The notes below the pieces were generated by a model. It was not told the origin of the DNA, did no database searches, and worked only from the letters and a program-made list of their open reading frames with translations. A DNA stretch of 64,000 nucleotides from Deltaproteobacteria bacterium (GTDB lineage: Bacteria; Myxococcota; Kuafuiibacteriia; Kuafuiibacteriales; Kuafuiibacteriaceae). The first letter of the stretch is position 1; each line of letters opens with the position of its first letter. Both the position numbers and the translations under genes were made by a program. This document shows positions 47,136-56,560 of this stretch, one piece after another. The stretch lies in assembly GCA_040218735.1 (NCBI GenBank), contig JAVJQW010000050.1:256001-320000 (forward strand), read 5' to 3'.

Positions 47136-47513
47136 TCAGTCGGTCTTCATCGTGACCTTGGCGACGTGCGTCGCACCGAGGATGACGGTCTCGCCGCCCG
47201 TCGGACGGAGCCGCGCCTGCATCGAGAAGTCGCGCTGGTCGGAAGCGCCGTGACGCTGCGCGGTGACGTTCACGGAGAGGAGCCCCCTCGCCTCGCGGCA
47301 GACGTCGAGCTCGTAGCGGTCGTTGGGCGTGCCTTGTTTCATGCGGCTGCACTCACCTTCGACGCGCACCGTGAGTGGGACGTCGTCGACCGTAACGGTC
47401 ACCGCGAGTGGTCCGCCGATGCGCGGGCCTTCCGTGGACGCGTCGCAGAGGGTGGCCGCCGCGGCGGCCGTCGCGCCGAGCGCGATGAATGCAGAGAGGA
47501 TGAGGTACTTCAT
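47136..47513 (-). CDS. Small secreted hypothetical protein
   Basis: Signal peptide MKYLILSAFIALGATAAAA, beta-rich body. Confidence 0.7.
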   Translation of the reverse strand: MKYLILSAFIALGATAAAAATLCDASTEGPRIGGPLAVTVTVDDVPLTVRVEGECSRMKQGTPNDRYELDVCREARGLLSVNVTAQRHGASDQRDFSMQARLRPTGGETVILGATHVAKVTMKTD

Positions 47514-47527
47514 GGCGCGCGTCGAAG

Positions 47528-47543
47528 AGCAACGCGCGTGCCA
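47528..47543 (-). promoter_or_regulatory. Sigma54 (-24/-12) promoter
   Basis: Minus strand TGGCAC-GCGCG-TTGCT, full consensus, 14 nt upstream of ATG 47513. Confidence 0.8.
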
Positions 47544-47616
47544 CGAACCCCCGCAGAGCTCTCCTCGGGCCGCGCGACAGAATGTCCGAGCGGAAGACGC
47601 CGCGCCTGTCACGCCG

Positions 47617-48657
47617 TCACGGCGTGTGCTGCGACCAGTCGACGATCACGCCGTGGTAGTGCTCCTTGTCGTCGAGCATCCCGCGGTAGGCGGAGAGCAG
47701 CGCCTCGGGCTGGATGACGTGACTGACGAGCCCTTCGGTCTTCAGCGCGCCGCTGCGGATCCAGTCGTGCACGCGCTCCAGGTTCTCTTCCACGCTCGGG
47801 CCGCCGCCCGGCACGCGGTACGGTGGCAGACGCCACTCAAGCGCGCCGCGCACGGTGAGCCACTGCATGTGGATGCGGTTGAAGACCGCGGTGAGGTTCG
47901 TCTCGAACGGCGGGCGCGGCGACCCGAGCAAGACGACTTGCCCGTACGGGGCGCAGGCTTCGACGCACATCGCGCAGACCGGCCCGAGCCCCGCGGCGTC
48001 GACCGCGATGTCCACGCCGCGGCCGTCCGTCGCGTCGCGCACCGCCTGGATCGGGTCGTCGCCTTCGAGCACCTCGAGGCCCACGCCGCGCGCGACGTCA
48101 CGGCGCCCCGCGACCGGGTCGTGCACGAACACCCGCGCGCCCGCGATGCGGTACAGCTGCGCCGCGAAGTTTCCGACGAGCCCCATGCCGAGCACGAGCA
48201 CCGTGTGGCCCGGCCGCACCTCGCTCATCTGGAGCGCCGTCATCGACACCAACGCGAGCCGCGCGACCACGGCGGCCTCCGCGTCGAGGTCCTCGCCGAT
48301 CCGAAACGCGGCGCGGAACGGCTTGGGGCTGTCGAGGTCGTAGATCTGAAGCGACGCGTGTTTGCCGAAGCAGAAGATCCGATCGCCCGCCTCGAGCCCG
48401 CGCGTGCGCTCCGGCGCCGCCGCGACGACGCGCCCGACGAGCCCGTAACCCGGACGCCACGGGTACGCGTTCCAGCCGTCCTTCTTGTAGACGCTCTTCG
48501 ACAGCGCGGTGAACGCCGCGAGCTCGGTCCCGCCGCTCATCACGGTGCGCTCGGCCTGCACGAGGATCTGCCCCGGCGCGAGCATGGATGCGTCGAGCTC
48601 TTCGGTGTCGAGCGTGGCCTGCGCCTTGTCGGGGATCAGCGCGAACGTCGCCTTCAT
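47617..48657 (-). CDS. MDR-family (zinc-binding type) alcohol dehydrogenase-like oxidoreductase
   Basis: SGGTE, PGYGLVG, GMGLVG, GVDIAVDAAG; ATGA-coupled. Confidence 0.88.
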   Translation of the reverse strand: MKATFALIPDKAQATLDTEELDASMLAPGQILVQAERTVMSGGTELAAFTALSKSVYKKDGWNAYPWRPGYGLVGRVVAAAPERTRGLEAGDRIFCFGKHASLQIYDLDSPKPFRAAFRIGEDLDAEAAVVARLALVSMTALQMSEVRPGHTVLVLGMGLVGNFAAQLYRIAGARVFVHDPVAGRRDVARGVGLEVLEGDDPIQAVRDATDGRGVDIAVDAAGLGPVCAMCVEACAPYGQVVLLGSPRPPFETNLTAVFNRIHMQWLTVRGALEWRLPPYRVPGGGPSVEENLERVHDWIRSGALKTEGLVSHVIQPEALLSAYRGMLDDKEHYHGVIVDWSQHTP

Positions 48658-49697
48658 GTCGTCGCCTCTACCATCGGCACGAATGCGTTCGAAGCTTCCG
48701 ACGCGATCGCCGCCTCCAGGATCTCGAGCTGCAGCACCACGTCGTACGGATCGATCGGGCTGGGCCCACCGTCCACGATCGCGTCGCGCACCGCCGCGTA
48801 GAACCGTCGGTAGTCGCCGCGCTCGGTCGGAACGACGACCTCCCCCTCGGGGCCGATGCGCTTGCCGTACGCTTCGGGCGTCTCCACGCCCCAGTCCGGC
48901 GTCTCGTGCGGGAGCGCCCCCGATCGAATCTGCGCCTCCTGCGCTTCCACACCGTACTTCACGAAGCTCGCGGCGTCTCCGCACACGAAGAAGCGCGGGC
49001 GCTCGACCGGGTCGAGGTGATCCGCACCGACGCGCACCGTGAGCTCGCCGTAGCGCAGCTCGATGACAAACGCGTCCGTCACCGGTGAACCCGGGCGGCG
49101 CGTCTGAACCCGCGCCGCGACGTGCGTGGGCCGCCCGAAACACACGATCGCCTGGTCGACGAGGTGCGGGCCGAGATCGAACATCAACCCGTGCATCGGA
49201 TCCGACTCGGCCTTCCACGCCGAGCGCTGCGCCAGCGAGGGACGGTACGCCGGCCACATCGATTCGAAGCGGTGGATCCTGCCGAGGTGCCCCCCTTCGA
49301 TCTGCGCGCGGGCCGTCGCGAAGTCTCCGTCGTAGCGCCGGTTCTGGAACGGCACGAGCAGTCGACCCGCGCGCTGCGCAGCGGACGCGAGCTGTCGCAT
49401 CGACGCCGCGTCGGGCGCCACGGGTTTTTCGACCACGACGTGTTTGCCCGCCGCGAGCGCAGCCTTCGCGTGCTCGACGTGCAGCCGATTCGGCGACGCG
49501 ACGACGACGAGATCCACGTCGTCCCGCGCGATGAGCGCCGCCGCGTCCGCGACCACCGCGACGTCCCCGAAGCGCCCCGCGTCCACCTCGCGCGAGGTCG
49601 CCACGGCGCGCAGCGCCAGCCCGTCGACCCCGAGCACGAAACCTCCGTGGAACCCGCGCCCGGCGAGCCCCCAACCGATGATCCCTACGCCCACCAT
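48654..49697 (-). CDS. Gfo/Idh/MocA oxidoreductase (YdgJ-like)
   Basis: GIIGWG, AGKHVVVEKP, FQNRRYDGDF, DLGPHLVDQ. Confidence 0.93.
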   Translation of the reverse strand: MVGVGIIGWGLAGRGFHGGFVLGVDGLALRAVATSREVDAGRFGDVAVVADAAALIARDDVDLVVVASPNRLHVEHAKAALAAGKHVVVEKPVAPDAASMRQLASAAQRAGRLLVPFQNRRYDGDFATARAQIEGGHLGRIHRFESMWPAYRPSLAQRSAWKAESDPMHGLMFDLGPHLVDQAIVCFGRPTHVAARVQTRRPGSPVTDAFVIELRYGELTVRVGADHLDPVERPRFFVCGDAASFVKYGVEAQEAQIRSGALPHETPDWGVETPEAYGKRIGPEGEVVVPTERGDYRRFYAAVRDAIVDGGPSPIDPYDVVLQLEILEAAIASEASNAFVPMVEATT

Positions 49698-49762
49698 CGG
49701 CCCTCGATAACACCAAAACTCCGCGCTGGCAGGTTGGGGCTCGGCGTAATAGGTTCGGCTCC

Positions 49763-50968
49763 GTGCAAGACGTCTACATCCTCGACGCGGTCCGCACCCC
49801 CATCGGGCGCCACCGCGGGATGCTCTCCGCGGTCCGCCCCGACGACCTCCTCGCCACCGTCATCCGCGCCGCGCTCGAGCGCACGGGCATCGCCGGCGCG
49901 TCCGTCGACGAAGTCATCATGGGCTGCGCGAACCAGGCCGGCGAAGACAACCGCAACGTCGCGCGCATGTCGCTGCTGCTCGCCGGGATGCCCAACAGCG
50001 TCCCCGGCTTCACGGTCAACCGACTCTGCGCGTCGGGCCTCACCGCGGTGAACCAGGGCGCGCGCCTGATCGCGACCGGCGAGGCGGACATCGTGCTCGC
50101 CGGCGGCGTCGAGTCGATGACGCGCGCGCCGCTCGTCACGCACAAGGGCGACGACGGCTTCGCGACGGGCAACCGCACGATGTACGACACCACGCTCGGG
50201 TGGCGCTTCGGCAACAAACGCATGGAGGACCTCTTCCCGCTCGAAGGCATGGGCGAGACGGCGGAGAACCTCGCCGAGCAGATGGCGATCTCGCGCGAAG
50301 ACCAGGATCAGTTCGCGCTCGACTCCCACAAGAAGGCGCTCGCCGCCGAGGCCGCGGGGCGCTTCGAGGACGAGCGCATCCCCGTCACGATCCCGCAGAA
50401 GAAGGGTGACCCGCTGATCGCCGACCGCGACGAGGGCCCGCGCCCCGACTCGTCGATCGAGAAGCTCGGCAAGCTGCGCACGGTGTTCCGCAAGAACGGA
50501 ACCGTCACGGCCGGCAACTCCAGCCCGCTCAACGACGGCGCAGCGTGTGTCGTGCTCACGAACGAAGCGATCGCGAAGAGCGCGAAGAAGCGCCCCCTCG
50601 CGCGCTGGCTCGGCGCACAGTCGGTCGGCGTGAACCCGCGCATCATGGGCATCGGTCCGGTGCCGGCGGTGGAGCGGTTGATCAAACGCTTCAACCTCAA
50701 GCTCGACGACATCGATCTGTTCGAGCTCAACGAAGCGTTCGCCGCGCAGTCCCTCGCCGTGCTGCGCCGCCTCGACATGGAAGACCTCCACGATCGCGTC
50801 AACGTGAACGGCGGCGCGATCGCGCTCGGGCACCCGCTCGGCGCGTCCGGCGCGCGCATCCTCACGACGCTCGTCCACGAGATGTGGCGGCGCGGGAGCC
50901 GGCGCGGGATCGCGACGTTGTGTGTCGGCGTCGGCCAGGGTGTGGCGACGCTCGTCGAGGGGATCTAG
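49763..50968 (+). CDS. Thiolase (acetyl-CoA acyltransferase, PaaJ/PcaF-like)
   Basis: NRLCASG, NEAF, GHPLGASG, CVGVGQG. Confidence 0.95.
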   Translation: MQDVYILDAVRTPIGRHRGMLSAVRPDDLLATVIRAALERTGIAGASVDEVIMGCANQAGEDNRNVARMSLLLAGMPNSVPGFTVNRLCASGLTAVNQGARLIATGEADIVLAGGVESMTRAPLVTHKGDDGFATGNRTMYDTTLGWRFGNKRMEDLFPLEGMGETAENLAEQMAISREDQDQFALDSHKKALAAEAAGRFEDERIPVTIPQKKGDPLIADRDEGPRPDSSIEKLGKLRTVFRKNGTVTAGNSSPLNDGAACVVLTNEAIAKSAKKRPLARWLGAQSVGVNPRIMGIGPVPAVERLIKRFNLKLDDIDLFELNEAFAAQSLAVLRRLDMEDLHDRVNVNGGAIALGHPLGASGARILTTLVHEMWRRGSRRGIATLCVGVGQGVATLVEGI

Positions 50969-52462
50969 ATGCGGGACCGCCGAAATCGCGCCGAGACGCT
51001 GATTCGGATCCAGCAAGAACGCATCCCGCACCTGTTCGTCGGCGGCCTCGACGTCGAGTCCGAGAGCAACGCGACGATGCCGGTCATCAACCCGGCGACC
51101 GGCGAGCCCATCGGGCGTGTGCCGGCCGCCAACGTCCGCGACGTCGAGAAGGCGGTGGAGAGCGCGCGTCGGGCGCACGAAGACTTCGCCGACACCACCC
51201 CGCAGGAGCGCGCGCGCCTGTTGATGAGCCTCGCGGAGGTCATGCAGAACGAGGAGGCGGACCTCGCGATCCTCGAGACGCTACAGACCGGGAAGACGTT
51301 CCGCGACGTGCTCGACAACGACGTGCACGAAGCGATCGACGTCGTCCGTTACTTCGCCGGGTGGACCGACAAACGCGCGGGGGAGCTGTACGACCTCGGC
51401 GACCGGACGATCGGGATGTTGCAGTGGGAGCCGTACCCGGTGCTCGGCGCGATCCTCCCCTGGTCGGCGCCGTTCGCGGTGGCGATGCGCAAGGTCGCGA
51501 TGGCGATCGCGCTGGGTTCGACGCTGGTGATGAAGGCGCCGGAGCAAGCGCCCCTCACCGTGCTTCGCGTCGGGGAGATGCTGCGCGACGTCGGGCTGTC
51601 GCCCGGCGTGGTGAACATCGTGACGGGGCACGGCAACCAGGCCGGAGAGGCGCTCGCGTTGTCGCCGCACGTGTCGGTGCTCTCGTACTCGGGCCCGACG
51701 GAGGGCGCGCGTCACGTGCTCGTCGGCGCCGCGAAGAGCAACCTCAAGACGGTGCACTTCGAGCTCGGCGGGAAGGCGGCGTCGATCATCTTCGAGGACA
51801 CCGACCTGTCGCGCGCGGTCGACGCCGCGGTGCGTGCGATCTTCTCCGCGCGCTGCGTCGAGCCGACGGCGTGCTCACGCGTGCTGGTGCACGCGTCGAT
51901 CTACGAGAAGGTCGCGCAGTCCCTCGCCGCGCGCGCGCGGGAGATCGTGCTCGGCGACCCGCTCGACGAACACACGGAGCTCGGTCCGATGATCACCGAG
52001 GACCACATGCGACGCGTGCTCAAGTACATCGAGCTGGGGCGCCGCGAGGGGGCCAAACTCGTCGCGGGCGGATCCCGCGAGACGGAGGGCACGCGCAGCC
52101 TCGGCTTCTACGTGCGCCCCACCCTCTTCGTGGAGGTGAAGCCGTCGATGCGGATCGCACAGGAGGAGATCGCCGGCCCGGTGCTGTGTGTGATGCCGTT
52201 CAAGAACGAGGACGACGCCGTGCGCATCGCGAACGAGACCGACTACGGGCGCCTCGCGTCGGTGTGGACGCGCGACCTCGCGCGCGCGCACCGGCTCGCG
52301 CGGAAGCTCACGGCGGGCGTCGTGCAGATCAATCGCTACCAGGGCTCGAGCGTGCAAGTGAGCCAGGGCGGCGCCCGCTTCTCCGGTCAGGGCCGTGATC
52401 TCGGCCGCCTCGCGCTCGACCAATACTCCCGGACGAAATCCGTCTTCCTCCCCACCCGCTGA
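50969..52462 (+). CDS. Aldehyde dehydrogenase-family protein with altered catalytic motifs
   Basis: NPATGE, ELGGK, EEIAGP; the catalytic loop reads FSARCVEPTACSR. Confidence 0.88.
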   Translation: MRDRRNRAETLIRIQQERIPHLFVGGLDVESESNATMPVINPATGEPIGRVPAANVRDVEKAVESARRAHEDFADTTPQERARLLMSLAEVMQNEEADLAILETLQTGKTFRDVLDNDVHEAIDVVRYFAGWTDKRAGELYDLGDRTIGMLQWEPYPVLGAILPWSAPFAVAMRKVAMAIALGSTLVMKAPEQAPLTVLRVGEMLRDVGLSPGVVNIVTGHGNQAGEALALSPHVSVLSYSGPTEGARHVLVGAAKSNLKTVHFELGGKAASIIFEDTDLSRAVDAAVRAIFSARCVEPTACSRVLVHASIYEKVAQSLAARAREIVLGDPLDEHTELGPMITEDHMRRVLKYIELGRREGAKLVAGGSRETEGTRSLGFYVRPTLFVEVKPSMRIAQEEIAGPVLCVMPFKNEDDAVRIANETDYGRLASVWTRDLARAHRLARKLTAGVVQINRYQGSSVQVSQGGARFSGQGRDLGRLALDQYSRTKSVFLPTR

Positions 52463-52645
52463 CGGGCCGCCCAATTCGACCACCCGCGCGCCACGTTCTG
52501 GCGGCGGGGTGCATCCGTTCGGGCGTTTCGGTCGAAATGTCGAAGGCGGGTCCGTCCGGCGCCGATCGATGCTACGAACGAGGGCGACGGAGGCGTCCAA
52601 GTGGGCCGATTCGGCCCCGCGGACGTACGAGGTTCGAGAGAAACG

Positions 52646-54214
52646 ATGCGAATCCTACTGGTGCAACCCACGCCGTTCGAAGAGGGCCGCCTCGGCCTGG
52701 AGAACATCATGTGGCTCTCAGAGCCCGTCGCACTGACGGCGGTGGCCGGCGCGGTGCCGGAGCACGAGATCGAAATCCTCGACCTGCGCCTCGAACCCGA
52801 GAACGCCCTCGCCCACACCATCAACCGATTCCGGCCGGACATCGTCGGCACCACCTCGATGACCACCGACGCGTATCAGGCGAAGGCCGTGCTGCGCACC
52901 GCGAAGCGGATGCGGCCCAACGTGCTGACCCTCATCGGCGGACACCACCCGACGCTTTCCCCTGAGGAGTTCCGCGAGCCGTACATCGACATCATCGTGA
53001 AGGGTGAAGGTGAACTGACGTTCGCCGAGATCTGCACCGTGCGACAGGCGGCGATCGACAACACACGGGCGGAAGTCGTGGACGCGGAGGCGCTCGCGAA
53101 CCAAACCGCCGAGGGGCTGTCTGGCGTCGACGGCATCGAGTTCTCGGCCGGCGATCGTGGCTGGCTCAGCACCGAGAAGCGCAACCAGCAGAAGGCGCTC
53201 GACGACCTCCCCCGCCCGCGGCGCGACCTCGTGCACAAGTACTACGGTCGCTACTTCTTCACGGTCGCGCAGCCGATGGCGTCGATCTTCACGAGCCGCG
53301 GCTGCAGCTTCGACTGTAACTTCTGTGCGATCTGGGAGTTCTACGACCGGCGCGTCCGCTACCTCTCGGCGGAGGGGATCGCGGACCAGATGGCGGCGTG
53401 TGAGGAGCCGTTCATCTTCCTCCTCGACGACAACTTCCTCACCGACCACAAACGCCTGCGCCGCCTCGTCGAGGTCCTGCGCGAGCGCAAGATCGAGAAA
53501 CACTGGATGACGCAGGGGCGCACCGACTTCATCGCGAGCCACCCCGAGCTGATGGCGGACCTCGCGAGCGTCGGGCTCATGTCCGTGCTCTCCGGGTTCG
53601 AGTCGAACGACGAGGACGCGCTCGCCGCGCTCAACAAGAGCAACACCGTCGAGAACAACCGGCGCGCGATGCAGATCCTCCGCGACAACGGCATCCAGTC
53701 GACCGGCATCTTCATGGCGCGCACGGACTTCGAGAAGGAGGACTTCGACGCGCTGTACGACTATATCAACGACCTCGGCGTGGTCGCGCCGATCGTCACG
53801 ATCCACACGCCGCTGCCGGGCACGCAGCTCGAGCGCAAGATGAAGCAAGACCTCCTCACCGAGGACCGCCGCTTCTTCGATCTGCTGCACGCCGTGACGC
53901 CGACGAAGCTCCCGCGCGAGCAGTTCTACGAGCAGTTCGCGCGACAGCTCTGGGCGACGATGCCGAGCACGATGAAGGCGCTGTCACCGTCGCAGCTGTG
54001 GAAGCGCAAGGCGTTCTGGATGCGCGCGCTGCCGAACGTCCCGCGCTTCGTCTACAACGCGCGACGCAACCGCATCGTGCACAGCGATCCGAAGTCGTAC
54101 CTGAACGACGAGGTCGGCGTGCTCGACGGCAAGGCGCGCACGAACTTCGCCGACAAGGCGAAGGTCACCGCCATCCCGAGCGGCAGCAAGAAGCTGCCGA
54201 TCCTCGCGAGCTGA
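52646..54214 (+). CDS. Cobalamin-binding radical SAM enzyme
   Basis: B12-binding domain (IGGHHPT, GEGE), SRGCSFDCNFC, GFES, TPLPGT. Confidence 0.93.
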   Translation: MRILLVQPTPFEEGRLGLENIMWLSEPVALTAVAGAVPEHEIEILDLRLEPENALAHTINRFRPDIVGTTSMTTDAYQAKAVLRTAKRMRPNVLTLIGGHHPTLSPEEFREPYIDIIVKGEGELTFAEICTVRQAAIDNTRAEVVDAEALANQTAEGLSGVDGIEFSAGDRGWLSTEKRNQQKALDDLPRPRRDLVHKYYGRYFFTVAQPMASIFTSRGCSFDCNFCAIWEFYDRRVRYLSAEGIADQMAACEEPFIFLLDDNFLTDHKRLRRLVEVLRERKIEKHWMTQGRTDFIASHPELMADLASVGLMSVLSGFESNDEDALAALNKSNTVENNRRAMQILRDNGIQSTGIFMARTDFEKEDFDALYDYINDLGVVAPIVTIHTPLPGTQLERKMKQDLLTEDRRFFDLLHAVTPTKLPREQFYEQFARQLWATMPSTMKALSPSQLWKRKAFWMRALPNVPRFVYNARRNRIVHSDPKSYLNDEVGVLDGKARTNFADKAKVTAIPSGSKKLPILAS

Positions 54215-54222
54215 GGACCACC

Positions 54223-55143
54223 ATGGTTGCTACGCCGATCGAACGACCGCACGCGGTCAACACCGACACCACGCTGGGCGCGCGGCGCTTCCTCAAGGAC
54301 CTCCGCGAAGAGATCCGTTGCCACCCGGGCGTGAACCACATCTTCCTCAACCGCCTCGCGACGATGCCGTTCACGCGCGAGGACTACCTGGTGTTCGGAC
54401 TGCAGCACTACCCGCTGATCAACTGCTTCACGCACTACATGGAGAACCTGTTGATCCGCGCGCCGGGCAGCGACGCCAAGCTGTGGATCGCGAAGGTACT
54501 CGTCGACGAGTACGGCGAAGGCAGTGACGGCGACGATCACTCGACGCTCTACCTGAAGTTCCTGCGCGCCGCGGGCGTCCGCGAGAACCAACTCTCCCGC
54601 ACGCACCTCAACCCGTTCACGATCGACTTCGTCCGGACGCACGTCCACCTCACGACGCAGCGCCCGTTCCTGGAAGGGCTCGGTGCGATCGGCCCCGGTC
54701 ACGAGTGGGCCATCCCGGCGATGTTCGAGTCGATCGTCCCCGGCCTGCGTCGCGCGGGGTTCGCGGAGGACGAGATCCTCTACTTCTGGTTGCACCAGGA
54801 TCAGGACGAGGACCACGGCGCGTGGCTCGAGGAGGCGCTGGTCGACCTCGCCGTCACCACCGAGGCCCGCGATCAGATCCGGCGCGGCGCTCTCGCCTCG
54901 CTCGACGCACGCGAGCGGTTCTGGACCGGCGCGCAGCGCGAGGTCGTCCGGTGGCGCCAGCCGCTGTCCGCCAAGAACGCGCTGCGCAAGCTCCAGCGCG
55001 GCGCGCACACGATCCTCTCTGAGGCCGAAGACCGCTCGCGGGTCTCACTCGGCAAACGCGGCCTCGCCCGGCTCCGTCGGCGCCTGACGCCCATCTACCT
55101 CGACGACGTCCTCCCGCGCCCCGAGCTCGCCCCGCACAAGTAG
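54223..55143 (+). CDS. Heme-oxygenase-like diiron enzyme (PqqC/CADD-like)
   Basis: DEYGEG....H, GHEW, YFWLHQDQDEDH; 8 nt after the radical SAM stop, with a GAGGA RBS. Confidence 0.85.
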   Translation: MVATPIERPHAVNTDTTLGARRFLKDLREEIRCHPGVNHIFLNRLATMPFTREDYLVFGLQHYPLINCFTHYMENLLIRAPGSDAKLWIAKVLVDEYGEGSDGDDHSTLYLKFLRAAGVRENQLSRTHLNPFTIDFVRTHVHLTTQRPFLEGLGAIGPGHEWAIPAMFESIVPGLRRAGFAEDEILYFWLHQDQDEDHGAWLEEALVDLAVTTEARDQIRRGALASLDARERFWTGAQREVVRWRQPLSAKNALRKLQRGAHTILSEAEDRSRVSLGKRGLARLRRRLTPIYLDDVLPRPELAPHK

Positions 55144-55160
55144 CCGCCCGCCCGGCGCGT

Positions 55161-56510
55161 TTGTACGATGCGGCGCACGTGATCACGCTGGTCATCGGTG
55201 GCGTCGTCGCCGTTTGGGTCGTCGTCGGCGGCGTCGCCCTCGTCAAGCTGCGCGGCGGCGGGAAGCTCCAGCTCGAAGCCGACGGCTGGGCGTCGGCGGC
55301 GCGCGCGCTCCAGCTCGAACAGCGTCGCGCCTTCTTCGCGCCCGGGCTCGTGCTGGTCGGTCACCACGGCGAGCACGAGGTCAAGGTCACGCGCATCGCG
55401 TCTCAGAGCGGCACCGGTTTCTCGGCGGCGATCCGCATCGGCGGCGTGCGCGGCGACGTCACCGTGAGCCCGACGTGCGACCCGTTCGCCTTCGAGCTGT
55501 CCGGCGTCATCCAGACCGGCGACCCCGACTTCGATCGCACGTTCGAGATCGCCGGGCCCGAGGAGCTCGTGCGCGCGACGTTCGACGACAAGACGCGCCG
55601 GACCGCGTTGGAGCGAACGCCGCGCATGGCGATCAGCAAGGGGCAGATCGAGCTCCCCCTCCGCGACGCTCCGGACGGTGCGACGCTCGAGATCCTCACC
55701 CGCGCCCTCCTCGTCCTCGCGCGCCGCCTCTCCATCCGTGGCGACGACTTCGACGGTCCGATCTGCCGCGTCGCCGCGACGGATCCCTGCGCGGGCGTCC
55801 GGCGCCGCTGCCTCGCGTGGCTCGTGGCCTGCGGCGCACCCGACGCGGCCCACGTCGAGGCGCTGAAGCCCCTCCTCGACGACGAGGATCCCGAGATTCG
55901 TCTCTTCGCCTCGCAGGTGATCGGCGAACAGGCCTGCGCCACGCTCGAAGCGCTCGCGCGCGACGCGACCTGCGCCGACCGCATCCGCGCCGCAGCCTTC
56001 GACGGGGCCGTGGACTTCCTCGCGAGCGCGCGGCGCGTCGCGCTGATCGCCGACCTCGTCGCATCCTCGCCGCCCGCCGCACTGGCGACCGAGCTGCTCC
56101 GCGCGATCGAACGCGACCACCTGAAGCGGCACGCGCCGTTCGTGCGTGCGCACCTCGCCCACGCAGACCTGCACGTCCGCATCGCCGCGGCCGGCGCCGC
56201 GGGCCTCGTCGCCGACGCGAGCTGGGTGGCCGACCTCATCGATCGCCTCGACGACCAGGAGAGCGTGGTCGTCGAAGTGTGCGCCGCGCTCGGCTGCGTC
56301 GGCACGGCCGAAGCCGTGAACGCGCTGCGCGCCGCAGCCGACGCGAGCTCTCGCCGCGCGACTCGGGAGGCGGCGCTCCAAGCGATCGCGTCGATTCAAT
56401 CCCGCGCGGGAGAGCCGGGGCGGCTGTCGGTCGTGGGCGAGGACGACGCCGGCGCGGTGAGCTTCGCGGGCGACGACGGCGCGCTGTCCCTCGAACGTCC
56501 GGAGGACTGA
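55161..56510 (+). CDS. Membrane-anchored HEAT-repeat protein, paralog 1
   Basis: N-terminal TM, TGDPDFD motif, HEAT repeats, GRLSV tail; start uncertain. Confidence 0.75.
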   Translation: MYDAAHVITLVIGGVVAVWVVVGGVALVKLRGGGKLQLEADGWASAARALQLEQRRAFFAPGLVLVGHHGEHEVKVTRIASQSGTGFSAAIRIGGVRGDVTVSPTCDPFAFELSGVIQTGDPDFDRTFEIAGPEELVRATFDDKTRRTALERTPRMAISKGQIELPLRDAPDGATLEILTRALLVLARRLSIRGDDFDGPICRVAATDPCAGVRRRCLAWLVACGAPDAAHVEALKPLLDDEDPEIRLFASQVIGEQACATLEALARDATCADRIRAAAFDGAVDFLASARRVALIADLVASSPPAALATELLRAIERDHLKRHAPFVRAHLAHADLHVRIAAAGAAGLVADASWVADLIDRLDDQESVVVEVCAALGCVGTAEAVNALRAAADASSRRATREAALQAIASIQSRAGEPGRLSVVGEDDAGAVSFAGDDGALSLERPED

Positions 56511-56560
56511 GGGACGGTTTCTTCCTCTACGAACCGACTTCTGCGGTTACAACCAAGGAT

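Noticed and set aside
52646-54214. hpnR/hpnP assignment
   Set aside because: Only family-level motifs are visible and no hopanoid genes are in the window.
43852-55143. One contiguous biosynthetic cluster from the P450 to the diiron enzyme
   Set aside because: Mixed strands, separate regulatory signals and no scaffold-forming enzyme; treated as independent units.
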